Assembly: GCA_041484665.1 (NCBI GenBank)
Contig: JBGPIA010000001.1
Span: 480,001-544,000, forward strand
Origin: Candidatus Krumholzibacteriia bacterium
GTDB lineage: Bacteria > Krumholzibacteriota > Krumholzibacteriia > JAJRXK01
DNA length: 64,000 bases
Direction: 5' to 3'
The notes beneath the pieces were generated by a model that saw only the letters and a program-made list of their open reading frames with translations, did no database searches and was not told where the DNA came from. Made by a program: the position numbers and the translations under genes. Positions 38,995 through 47,610 of the stretch are shown here, one piece after another. The stretch's first letter is position 1, and each line of letters opens with the position of its first letter.

Positions 38995-40118
38995 GGCGTC
39001 CTCCCGCGGGCTGGCGTGGTGGCAGCCGCGCCGGCAGCCGCGCCAGCCGCTTCGCTCTCGGCCGTGTCGGGGACCGCGCTCGCCCCCCCGCTCGCAGGCC
39101 CACTTGGTGCGCCACCCGCGCAGTCACCCCCCACCTCAGACGAGAGGGGCGGCAGCACGGCCTGCGGGTGCAGCAGCTGGAAAAGGCGTGCCGCCGCGCA
39201 AGCCACGCGCGGTCCCGGGATCTCCGCGCCATCGAACGTGCAGATCTCGACACGTGCCGCGGGCAGCCCGCCGGCGCGCCAGATGCGCCGTGCGCGGGCG
39301 AGCGCCTGCTCATCCACGCGCTCGCCGGGCCGCAGCTCGATCACGACCTCCGGCGGGTCGGCAATCAGCCGCTCGAGCCCCAGCTCCAGGTAGCCGTGCG
39401 TCTGCTCCGCGCTGACGCTCGCACCGCCAGCGATGGCGACCAGATCGGTCAGGAACGCTCCCTTGCCCGCCGTCCAGATCGACGCCAGCCGTTGCGGATC
39501 GCGCCCGAGCACCAGGAGCGTGCGCGGGTGCGGCAGACCCATGGCAGCCCGGCCGATGGCGTCGAGATCGCCGCGGATGCGAGCGACCACCGCCGGAGCG
39601 TGCGGCGCCGCGCCGCCGCTCAGCAGCGAGTCGAGCGCTGCGAAGCCCGCGAGCACCGTCGCCAGGTCGGTGTCCATGGTGACCACGCCCAGACGAATCC
39701 CGTTGGCGCGCGCCAGGTCGCGCAGCTGGGGGCTCTCACCCTGCACCACCAGCAGGCCGGGCCGCAGCGCCAGGATCCGCTCGAGGTTGGGATCGACCAT
39801 CCCTCCCACGCGCGGGCGGCTCAGCAGGGAAGGCGGCCACACGGTGTAGTCGTCGATGGCGACGATGTTCGCTTCGAAGCCCAACGCCCAGGCCGCCTCG
39901 TTCAGATTGGGAGCGAAGAGGATGACGCGGGACGGCGCGCCCGCGGGTGCGCTGCGCTGTCCGCGTGCCGCGAGCCGGTGCATCCCCAGCGACGCGAGCA
40001 CGCCGGCCAACGCGATGGCCAGCACGGCCAGCGGGCCCGTCAGGCGGGTGATGGAGGCGCGTGGATGCATCACCGTGCGGGTGCGGGCGGGCGGCGGGCG
40101 GCGGGGCGTCGTCCGCAA
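38991..40118 (-). CDS. BtuF-like helical-backbone substrate-binding protein
   Basis: APNLNEAAWALG, IVAIDDYTVWP, VGGMVDPNLERILALRP, PGPR; first gene of the operon ending in pduO; alternative ATG at 40070. Confidence 0.9.
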   Translation of the reverse strand: MRTTPRRPPPARTRTVMHPRASITRLTGPLAVLAIALAGVLASLGMHRLAARGQRSAPAGAPSRVILFAPNLNEAAWALGFEANIVAIDDYTVWPPSLLSRPRVGGMVDPNLERILALRPGLLVVQGESPQLRDLARANGIRLGVVTMDTDLATVLAGFAALDSLLSGGAAPHAPAVVARIRGDLDAIGRAAMGLPHPRTLLVLGRDPQRLASIWTAGKGAFLTDLVAIAGGASVSAEQTHGYLELGLERLIADPPEVVIELRPGERVDEQALARARRIWRAGGLPAARVEICTFDGAEIPGPRVACAAARLFQLLHPQAVLPPLSSEVGGDCAGGAPSGPASGGASAVPDTAESEAAGAAAGAAATTPARGRTP

Positions 40119-40291
40119 CCCGTGCCTACGCTACCATGGATGTGGCGGCCTGCCCATCGGGGGCCGCCGGTGGGCGCGCGCCCGGGGGCGGGCCGCCCAC
40201 GATCGCGCTACCATGCTGGAGTCGCGTCCGTCCGCCCGTGCAGTCGCGCCGAGCGGACGCACTGCGCTCCACGCCAGGAGGTCGGCACGCT

Positions 40292-41488
40292 ATGCGTTGG
40301 GTCTCGGTGGTCAGTGATCGCCCGGAGCTCGCGGATTCGTTGGCGGAGGCCACCGCCGCCATTGCGAGGCAGCTGGGACCCGGCTCCCCCGACCTGCTGG
40401 TGGTGTTCGTGAGCCAGGAGCACCTGTTCCACTACGGCCAGGTGGTCCCGACCCTGCAGAAGAGCCTCGCGCCGGGCACGCTGATCGGCTGCTCGGCAGG
40501 CGGCGTGATCGGCGGCGGGCGGGAACTGGAGCGGACCCCGGGGATCACGCTGACGGCTGCAATGCTTCCCGGCGTGCAGCGGCGCCTGGTCCACCTCACG
40601 AATGAGGACCTGCCTCCCCTCGACGGCAGCCCGCGCGCCTGGGTCGATACGCTGGGGGTCGAACCCGGGGACAACCCCAGCTTCATCGTGCTGGCGGACC
40701 CGTTCTCGTGCGACGCGCGCACGTTGCTGTCGGGGCTCGACTTCGCCTACGGCCAGGCGGTGAAGGTCGGCGGGTTGGCCAGTGGAGCGCAATCTCCGGG
40801 TGGCAACGCGTTGTTCGCCGACCAGCGCACGCTACGCCAGGGGGCGCTGGTACTGGTGCTGACGGGCGACGTCGTCGTGGACGCCATCGTGGCGCAGGGG
40901 TGCAAGGCCATCGGCAGGTTGGGCCGCGTGACGCGCTGCGAGGGCCATGTGCTCCACGAGCTCGACGGTCGCCCGCCGCTCCTGGTGCTCCAGGAGACCT
41001 ACGAGCAGCTCGACGGACGTGACCAGGAGCTGGCGCGCACTGCTCTGTTCCTGGGGCTCTCGATGGACGAGTTGCGCGAGCACCCCGGGCCGGGCGACTT
41101 CCTGATCCGCAACGTCCTTGGCCTCGACCCGCAGACCGGCACGATCGCCGTCGCCGCCGAGTTGCGCCAGGGGCAGACCGTCCAGTTCCACGTGCGTGAC
41201 GGCGTGGCGGCGGCGCAAGACCTCAACGCCGTTCTCGGCCGCTATCGCGAGCGGCTACCCGATGTCAGTCCCCACGGTGCGCTGCTCTTCTCGTGCCTGG
41301 GGCGTGGCGAGCATCTTTACGGGGAGCCCGACCACGACAGCCGCGCGTTCGCACGTCGCATCGGCGACGTCGCCCTGGGCGGATTCTTCTGCAACGGCGA
41401 GATCGGACCCGTGGGAGAGACGACCTACCTGCACGGCTACACGAGCGCATTCGGTCTCTTCCGGCCGCGTTCGGGATCGCGCGCCTAG
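40292..41488 (+). CDS. Stand-alone FIST N/C sensory protein
   Basis: AGGAGG RBS; LIGCSAGGVIG, VGGLASG, VAQGC, FLIRNVLG, LLFSCLGRG, GFFCNGEIGP, LHGYT. Confidence 0.93.
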   Translation: MRWVSVVSDRPELADSLAEATAAIARQLGPGSPDLLVVFVSQEHLFHYGQVVPTLQKSLAPGTLIGCSAGGVIGGGRELERTPGITLTAAMLPGVQRRLVHLTNEDLPPLDGSPRAWVDTLGVEPGDNPSFIVLADPFSCDARTLLSGLDFAYGQAVKVGGLASGAQSPGGNALFADQRTLRQGALVLVLTGDVVVDAIVAQGCKAIGRLGRVTRCEGHVLHELDGRPPLLVLQETYEQLDGRDQELARTALFLGLSMDELREHPGPGDFLIRNVLGLDPQTGTIAVAAELRQGQTVQFHVRDGVAAAQDLNAVLGRYRERLPDVSPHGALLFSCLGRGEHLYGEPDHDSRAFARRIGDVALGGFFCNGEIGPVGETTYLHGYTSAFGLFRPRSGSRA

Positions 41489-41551
41489 CAGCGCGTGGTC
41501 CGCAGCGCGTGGTCCGCAGCGCGTGGTCCGCAGCGCGTGGTCCGCAGCGCG
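41488..41551. repeat. Perfect 14-bp tandem repeat, about 4.5 copies
   Basis: GCAGCGCGTGGTCC at 41488, 41502, 41516 and 41530, plus partial GCAGCGCG at 41544. Confidence 0.95.
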
Positions 41552-41592
41552 CGTGGCAGCCCCCGACCGTCGAAGCGACGGGCAGCCCGCCG

Positions 41593-43434
41593 CTAGGGGT
41601 TCGCGGCCAGGACCAGCTTGCGCGTCAGCTCACGGCCGCTGAAGCGCAGCCGAGCCAGGTACACACCCTGCGCCGCAGGCGCGCCCGCCCTATCGCGGCC
41701 GTCCCAGATCACTGCATGCGCCCCGGCCGACAGCGCCCCGTCGACGAGCGTGGCGACCGTGCGCCCGCGCGTGTCGTGCACGGTGAGCAGCACGTCGCCT
41801 CCCCGGGGCAACCCGAAGCGGATCGACGTCTGGGCGTCGAATGGGTTCGGCGTGCCCGGCAGCAGCGCCAACTCCCCCGCGTCCCACGCACCAGCCAGGT
41901 CGGACTCCAGAACCGCAGGGCCGTGCCAGCGCGAGGCGCCGCCGTCGACCTGCTCGAGGAAGTACTCGGTGCGCGACAACGGCGCTGAAGGGTCCGTGAA
42001 CTCCATGTGCGCGGCGCCGAGCAGCGGCCGCGGTGTGATGCGCTCCAGCGTGGCGCCGGACGTCGCGGCGTCGCGCCGGTGAACGTGGAAGATCGCGTGC
42101 GGCCCGTCGCCCGCGAGCTCCCAGCGCAAGAGCGCGCGGCCTTCCTCCCGCCTCGCCGAGAACGCGCTCAGCAGTACGGGCACCGCTCTCCCGTCCCAGC
42201 GGGCGATTCCCGGTGATGGCAGCCCACCGGCCACGCTGAAATCGCCGCCGACGTACAGATGGCGATCGAGGACGACCAGCGTGCGCGCCCAGTCGTCGGC
42301 GCCCTCACCCAGCGGCGTCCAGCCCGTTCCGTCCCAGCTGGCGAGGTAGTTGACGAATTGCCCGTCCGCGCGAACGAAGTTGCCCGCGGCGATCAGCTCC
42401 CCTCCGTATTCGGCGAGCCCGAAGACCCATGTGGAGTCCTGGCCCCGGATTCCCACTCCCATCCGCTGCCAGGCCGTGCCGTCCCAGCGCGCGATCCCCA
42501 GCACCGAATTCCCGTCGGCCTGCGTGAACGCCCCGCCAGCGATGAGGTCGCCGCGGTAGACGGCCAGCGCGAACACCCAGGAGATGGGATGGCCGCCGGA
42601 CAGCCCGCTCCCGATTGTCTCCCACCATGCGCCGTTCCACAGTCCCACGCCCCCGGCGAGCTGGCGTTCGACGCGAGTGAAATACCCGCCCACCGCGAGT
42701 GCCTCCCCGTAGACCGCCAGCGCGCTGGCGCCGCCGTTGATTCCGCCACCCAGCGTGTGGAAGTCAACGCCCGTCCAGCGCGCGATGAACGGCAGGCTCT
42801 GCTCGTTCACCTGGGTGAAGCGGCCGGCGACGATGAGCTCCCCCTGGAAGGAGATCGCGGCGAGCAGGATGCCATTGAAGACCGCGTCAAAGGTCGTCCA
42901 CGAGTCGCCGTTCCAACGCGCGACGCTGCTCGCCGCCGCGCCCCCCGCGCGGGTGAACTGTCCCACGGCGATGAGGTCGTCGTTGTGGACGGTCAGCCCG
43001 GCCACGTAGGGGGTGAATCCCGGGGCATCGGCCCCGTTGGAAATCCCCTCGCCCAGCGGCGCCCAGGCCGCGCCGTCCCAGCGGGCGATGTTGTTCGCCT
43101 CGACCGGACCGGCGTGGCTGAACGCCCCGCCGGCGATGAGCTGCCCGTGGTAGACGGTCAGCGCGAAGACCGTGCCGTCGAATCCTTGCGCCTGGAACCC
43201 ATCCCACCACTGGCCCGGGGTGGCAGGCGCGGGCGCGGGCGCCAGCAGCACGACCGCCGTCGTCCAGACGCACAACGAACGGGCCAGCGCGGATTGCAGC
43301 CGACCTGGCCACCAGCGGATCGGGGTCGGAATCATGGGCATCACCCTCGGGGCAGCGGGTTCTGCGATCGAGCGCGCGTCTCGGCCGGTGAGGGAGCGGC
43401 CGACCGGACGGCGAGCAAAGGGCCCCACGGACAT
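41593..43434 (-). CDS. Secreted repeat (beta-propeller-like) protein with C-terminal FlgD-Ig domain; start probably near 43341
   Basis: About 7 repeats of ALxVY.G.LIAGG.F..A.....IARWDG..W..LG.G; C-terminus TPNPF...VHDTRGRTVATL...WDGRD...GVYL...RKLVL. Confidence 0.9.
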   Translation of the reverse strand: MSVGPFARRPVGRSLTGRDARSIAEPAAPRVMPMIPTPIRWWPGRLQSALARSLCVWTTAVVLLAPAPAPATPGQWWDGFQAQGFDGTVFALTVYHGQLIAGGAFSHAGPVEANNIARWDGAAWAPLGEGISNGADAPGFTPYVAGLTVHNDDLIAVGQFTRAGGAAASSVARWNGDSWTTFDAVFNGILLAAISFQGELIVAGRFTQVNEQSLPFIARWTGVDFHTLGGGINGGASALAVYGEALAVGGYFTRVERQLAGGVGLWNGAWWETIGSGLSGGHPISWVFALAVYRGDLIAGGAFTQADGNSVLGIARWDGTAWQRMGVGIRGQDSTWVFGLAEYGGELIAAGNFVRADGQFVNYLASWDGTGWTPLGEGADDWARTLVVLDRHLYVGGDFSVAGGLPSPGIARWDGRAVPVLLSAFSARREEGRALLRWELAGDGPHAIFHVHRRDAATSGATLERITPRPLLGAAHMEFTDPSAPLSRTEYFLEQVDGGASRWHGPAVLESDLAGAWDAGELALLPGTPNPFDAQTSIRFGLPRGGDVLLTVHDTRGRTVATLVDGALSAGAHAVIWDGRDRAGAPAAQGVYLARLRFSGRELTRKLVLAANP

Positions 43435-43798
43435 GTCGCGGCGGATCGTGGCGCAGGGTGCCGCGGCGTGTCGCGTTCTGCACGGACCGCGCCGACGCTA
43501 TCCCGCACGTCCCGCCAGGAGTGTGGCGTTGCACCGCCCCCGCCGCCCGCGGGACAGCGGAGTGGGCGGAAGCATACTCCCCGAATGGGAATCGGGGGGA
43601 GTTTCCTTACGCTGGGCGAGCGCTTGCCGCAAGCGACCCCGGGCCGTGCCCGCCCGCGCAAACGCGGGGCGTGAAGGCATCCCCCGGCCGGTCCCGGGGC
43701 ATCCCTCTTGCCCTGGTGGAGCCCGGGAGGGGTCGCGGGGCGCGCCCCGCCGCCGCTGCCTGCCACCGCGCACCACCGCAGCCCGAAAGCACGGCACC

Positions 43799-44212
43799 AT
43801 GAGCGCCGAGGCACCCAGCGTGTTGATCGTGGAGGACGACCCGGGAATCCGCACCCTGCTGTCGCGCCTGGTCGCACGCCTGGGACTGACCTGCCGCGTC
43901 GCGCAAGACGGCGAGGAGGCGCTGCTCGCCGTCGCCGAAGGCACGCCCGATCTGATCATCCTCGATCTCATGATGCCCGGGATGAACGGGTTCCAGTTCC
44001 TGCGCGCCTACCGGGAGGGCGGCGCGCTGGAGACGCCGGTCATCGTGGTGACGGCCAAGGACGACGCGTTCGACCAGTTCTGGGCCCACAAGCTCGGTGT
44101 ACGCCACTTCCTGGTGAAGCCCTTCGCACCGCAGGCCATCCTCGGGGCGATCGAGGAGGCGCTGAGCAGCACCCCCCACGACGCCAACAGCCCGCCCTCC
44201 TCCCCACCGTGA
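43799..44212 (+). CDS. Single-domain response regulator (receiver)
   Basis: VLIVEDD, DLIILDLMMPGMNG, VVTAK, FLVKPF. Confidence 0.95.
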   Translation: MSAEAPSVLIVEDDPGIRTLLSRLVARLGLTCRVAQDGEEALLAVAEGTPDLIILDLMMPGMNGFQFLRAYREGGALETPVIVVTAKDDAFDQFWAHKLGVRHFLVKPFAPQAILGAIEEALSSTPHDANSPPSSPP

Positions 44213-47200
44213 TCCCCACGGTCTGGTTGCTGGCGGCGGCGGGCGTGCTGCTGCTGGGCCAGATCCTCCTGATCGCCGTTCTAATCGCGCGCAACGGGCT
44301 CGTAGAGTGGAGGCTGCGCCGCCGCTGCGGACACTCGACGCTGCTGGCCTCCCTCTGCGAAAGCCTCGACGCGGGTGGAAGCGCCCACGTACGCGCCGAG
44401 CTCTCGCGCCGCGAGCTACTCGTCGACGTCTCGGCGTTGGAGGCCTGGCTCGACCTGGTGGCGTCGCGGGGCGAGGATCCGGCGCTGCTCCCCCCGGAGG
44501 AGTACGAGCGCGTCGGGCTCGTGGATCGCTATCTCCGCCAGCTCCAGCGAGCGCGCGGGTGGTCGGCACGCGCCGCCGCCGCCGAGGTCCTGGGATGGAC
44601 GCACAGCCCCCGCGCCGTGCCCGCGTTGCTGGAGGCGGCGCTCGACGAGCGCGGCGAGGAGCCGGCCGTGCGCGCGGTGGCGCTGCGCGCGCTGGGCCGC
44701 ATCCGGCACCCACGCGCGGTCGAGCCGTTGATCAGCGCGCTCGCCAGCAGCGATACCTGGTTCCCGCCGCGCGCGGCCGAGATGCTCGCCCGCATCGGGG
44801 CGCCGGCGGTGGAGCCCCTCGCGCGTCTGGTGGGGGACGCTTGCGCCCCCCTCACCACGCGCCGCTGGGCGGCCCAGGTGTTGGGTGAGGTGCGCGACCG
44901 CCGCGCGCTGCACGCGTTGCACGCAGCGCTCGGCGACCTGGACGCCGAGCTGCGGGCCAAGGCGGCGCGGGCCCTGGGCAACCTGGGACAGGAGCGCTCG
45001 ATCGGGCCCCTGCTGGACCGCTTGCTGGCCGACCCGATCCCGTTCGTGCGCTCCTGCGTCGCGCGCGCGCTGGGGCAGCTCTCCACCGGACGCACGGTGG
45101 GGTTCCTGGTGGAGGCCCTGGCCGATCCCGAGTGGTGGGTGCGCCTGCGCGCGGTCGAGGCGCTGGCGCAACTGGGAGAGCCAGCGCGGCAGGTGCTGCA
45201 CGGAGCGCTGCACGACAGCGACCCGCAAGTAGCCCGCGAGGCGGGGCGCGCGCTGGAGGGGCTGGGCGTCGTCGCCGAGCTGCTGGACAGCCTGCGGCGC
45301 GAGGGCTACTCGCCGGAGCTCACCGAGCTGTTGGTGGACATCGGCAGGGCGGGCAACATCGACGCGCTGCTGGACGCCCTCGACTCCGACGACGTGGAGT
45401 TCCTCACCTCGGTCACGCGCATCATCGCCCGCGTGGGCGACGCGCGCGCCGCCCCGGGCCTGGTGCGGCTCCTTCGCACGCGCTCGGAGCCGGGCTTGCA
45501 GGCTCGCGTGATCGACGCGCTGCGGCGGGCCGGGGCCGCGGACCTGGTCGGGGAGATCCTCCCGCTGCTTGCCTCGCCCAACGAGTGGGTCCGCAAGACC
45601 AGCCTCGACTACCTCGAGCGGTTCGCGGACACCGACGTGCTGCCGCGGGTGGCTCCGCTCCTGCAGGATCCCAACCCATGGGCGCGCGAGGCAGCGCTCA
45701 AGCTCATGGAGCGCCTGCCACCGCCGCCCGCGCTGGCGTGGCAGATCGAGTCCGCGCTCGGGGACCCTTACGTCTTCGTGCGCGCGCAGGCCGTGCGCAC
45801 CCTCTGCGCGTGCGACCGTCTCGAGCTGCTGTTCCAAGATGGCACCCCGGTGATCGAGGAGGCCCCCGAGGTGCGCGAAGCGGCGCTGCAGGGCCTCGCC
45901 CGCTCGGCCAGCCCAAAGGTGCTGCCCGTCGCGCTGGCGCTGTTTCCCAAGGCCGACACGGACGCCCTCGACCAGCTGACGCAGCTCGTGCGCGAGGCGG
46001 CGCGGCGCGACCCGGTGGTGAGCCTCGTGCAGGTGCGCGAGGGCGGCGACGTCGCCCATCGCTGGGCGCTGGCGACCATCGCCCCCGAGCTCGGCGACGC
46101 CCCCCTGCCCGTGGCGCTGCTCGCGTTGGCGGGCGACGAGGATCCGCGCGTGCGCGCCGCGGCCGTCGCATCGCTGCTGCGGCGGCCTGGGGCGGGCGAG
46201 ACGGAGCGTGCCTGTGTCGTGGACGCCCTGGCCGATCCGCACCCGCTGGTGGCGCGCGGGGCCCTGCGTGCGCTGGCTCTGCTGCCTCGAGGCGAGCTTG
46301 ACCGTCATCTGCGCCGTGGCCTCAGCCACGCCGAGGCCTCGGTGGCGGTCGATGCCGCGCTCGCCATTGCGCTGCGCCTCGGGCGGCAGAGCGTGCGGGC
46401 GCTGATGGCCGCCGTCAGCGACCGGCGCCCGTCGGTGCGGCTGGCGGCGCTGATCGGGCTGGTCTACCAGGGCGAGCGTACCGCGCTACCGAGCTGGCTG
46501 GCGGAGCTGCGCGCGCCGGCCAGCCTGCAGTTGCTGCACCGCTGGCGCGAGACGCAGCATCCGCTGCTGTCGCGCATCCTGGGCACCAGCCGCGAGGCCC
46601 GCGCGACCCTCGAGCAGCGCCTGCTCACGGCACGCTCGCCGCAGGAGGCCGAGGACCAGCTGCTGCGGGAGCTGGAGAGCAACCCCGACGCTGAGATCCG
46701 CAAGCTGGCAGCCGAGGGTCTCTCCACGCTGCAATCGCGCCGGGCCGTCAGCCTGATGCTGCCCACCAGCCAGCGCGATCCCGCCCCGGAGGTGCGCATC
46801 GCTGCGCTGCGGTTCCTCGTGCGCGAGAACGCCTTCGGTCACCGCCGCCGCTATCTCGAGACGGGGCTGCGCGACCCTGTGGCGGCCGTGCAAGTGGCCG
46901 CGGCGCACCTCAGCGTGGTGCTGCCCGACCACGAGGCGATTCCGCTGTTGGTGGAGCATCTGGAGACGCGGCTGCCGGCGCTGCGCGCCGCGCTCACCGA
47001 CATGCTCGCCGGCCGCGCCGAGGAGGGCGTCGAGGCGATCCTCGACGCGGTGATGGGCCGGCCCATGACCGTCGAGTTGATGCTCGGCCTGGTGGCGGTG
47101 CTGCGCCAGGTACCGTTGCCGCTGTCCGACGAGGTGCTGGAGGTCCTGCTGCGACATCGCTGGGCTGAGGTGCGCGCCGAGGCGCTCGCCGCGCTCATCC

Positions 47201-47610
47201 CGCGCCAGGGCGGCGCGGGCGCCGACTGGGTGATCGAGGCCCTGGGCGACCCGGCGGTGCGCGTGCGCAAGGAAGCCGTGCGCCTGTCCACCGCCGCGGG
47301 CGTCGATTTCGGCGGCCACGAGCGCGCGCGAGAGGAGACGTTGCTGCAGGCACTGGACGATCCCGCCCCCGCGGTACGCGCCCGGACGGCGCTGGCGGTG
47401 GCACGCCTGGGCCTTGCGCGCGCGCGACGAGCGCTGACCGCCATGGAGCGGGACCCCGACGCGCGCGTCGCGCGGGCGGCCCGCCGGGCACTCGCGGCGC
47501 TGGCGGCCGCGGTGGCCGGGACAGCGCCGGCGGCGGCGCCCCGGTCGTCGGTGTCTGCGGCGGCGCCGCCCGCGGTGACCGCGCCGGAGCAGGAGGTGAC
47601 GGCGCCATGA
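44209..47610 (+). CDS. Membrane-anchored HEAT/PBS-lyase repeat protein (~1130 aa)
   Basis: GTGA overlap with the receiver stop; N-terminal TM helix; many L.D.D..VR..A..ALG repeats; ATGA overlap with the GT2 gene. Confidence 0.92.
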   Translation: MIPTVWLLAAAGVLLLGQILLIAVLIARNGLVEWRLRRRCGHSTLLASLCESLDAGGSAHVRAELSRRELLVDVSALEAWLDLVASRGEDPALLPPEEYERVGLVDRYLRQLQRARGWSARAAAAEVLGWTHSPRAVPALLEAALDERGEEPAVRAVALRALGRIRHPRAVEPLISALASSDTWFPPRAAEMLARIGAPAVEPLARLVGDACAPLTTRRWAAQVLGEVRDRRALHALHAALGDLDAELRAKAARALGNLGQERSIGPLLDRLLADPIPFVRSCVARALGQLSTGRTVGFLVEALADPEWWVRLRAVEALAQLGEPARQVLHGALHDSDPQVAREAGRALEGLGVVAELLDSLRREGYSPELTELLVDIGRAGNIDALLDALDSDDVEFLTSVTRIIARVGDARAAPGLVRLLRTRSEPGLQARVIDALRRAGAADLVGEILPLLASPNEWVRKTSLDYLERFADTDVLPRVAPLLQDPNPWAREAALKLMERLPPPPALAWQIESALGDPYVFVRAQAVRTLCACDRLELLFQDGTPVIEEAPEVREAALQGLARSASPKVLPVALALFPKADTDALDQLTQLVREAARRDPVVSLVQVREGGDVAHRWALATIAPELGDAPLPVALLALAGDEDPRVRAAAVASLLRRPGAGETERACVVDALADPHPLVARGALRALALLPRGELDRHLRRGLSHAEASVAVDAALAIALRLGRQSVRALMAAVSDRRPSVRLAALIGLVYQGERTALPSWLAELRAPASLQLLHRWRETQHPLLSRILGTSREARATLEQRLLTARSPQEAEDQLLRELESNPDAEIRKLAAEGLSTLQSRRAVSLMLPTSQRDPAPEVRIAALRFLVRENAFGHRRRYLETGLRDPVAAVQVAAAHLSVVLPDHEAIPLLVEHLETRLPALRAALTDMLAGRAEEGVEAILDAVMGRPMTVELMLGLVAVLRQVPLPLSDEVLEVLLRHRWAEVRAEALAALIPRQGGAGADWVIEALGDPAVRVRKEAVRLSTAAGVDFGGHERAREETLLQALDDPAPAVRARTALAVARLGLARARRALTAMERDPDARVARAARRALAALAAAVAGTAPAAAPRSSVSAAAPPAVTAPEQEVTAP

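Noticed and set aside
40119..40291. Cobalamin riboswitch upstream of the btu-like operon
   Set aside because: No GGGAA or B12-box elements on the minus strand; the region is short and reads as a divergent promoter (CGCTACCATG repeated at 40129 and 40206).
41488..41551. Possible CRISPR array
   Set aside because: 14-bp head-to-tail units with no spacers, and no cas genes in the window.
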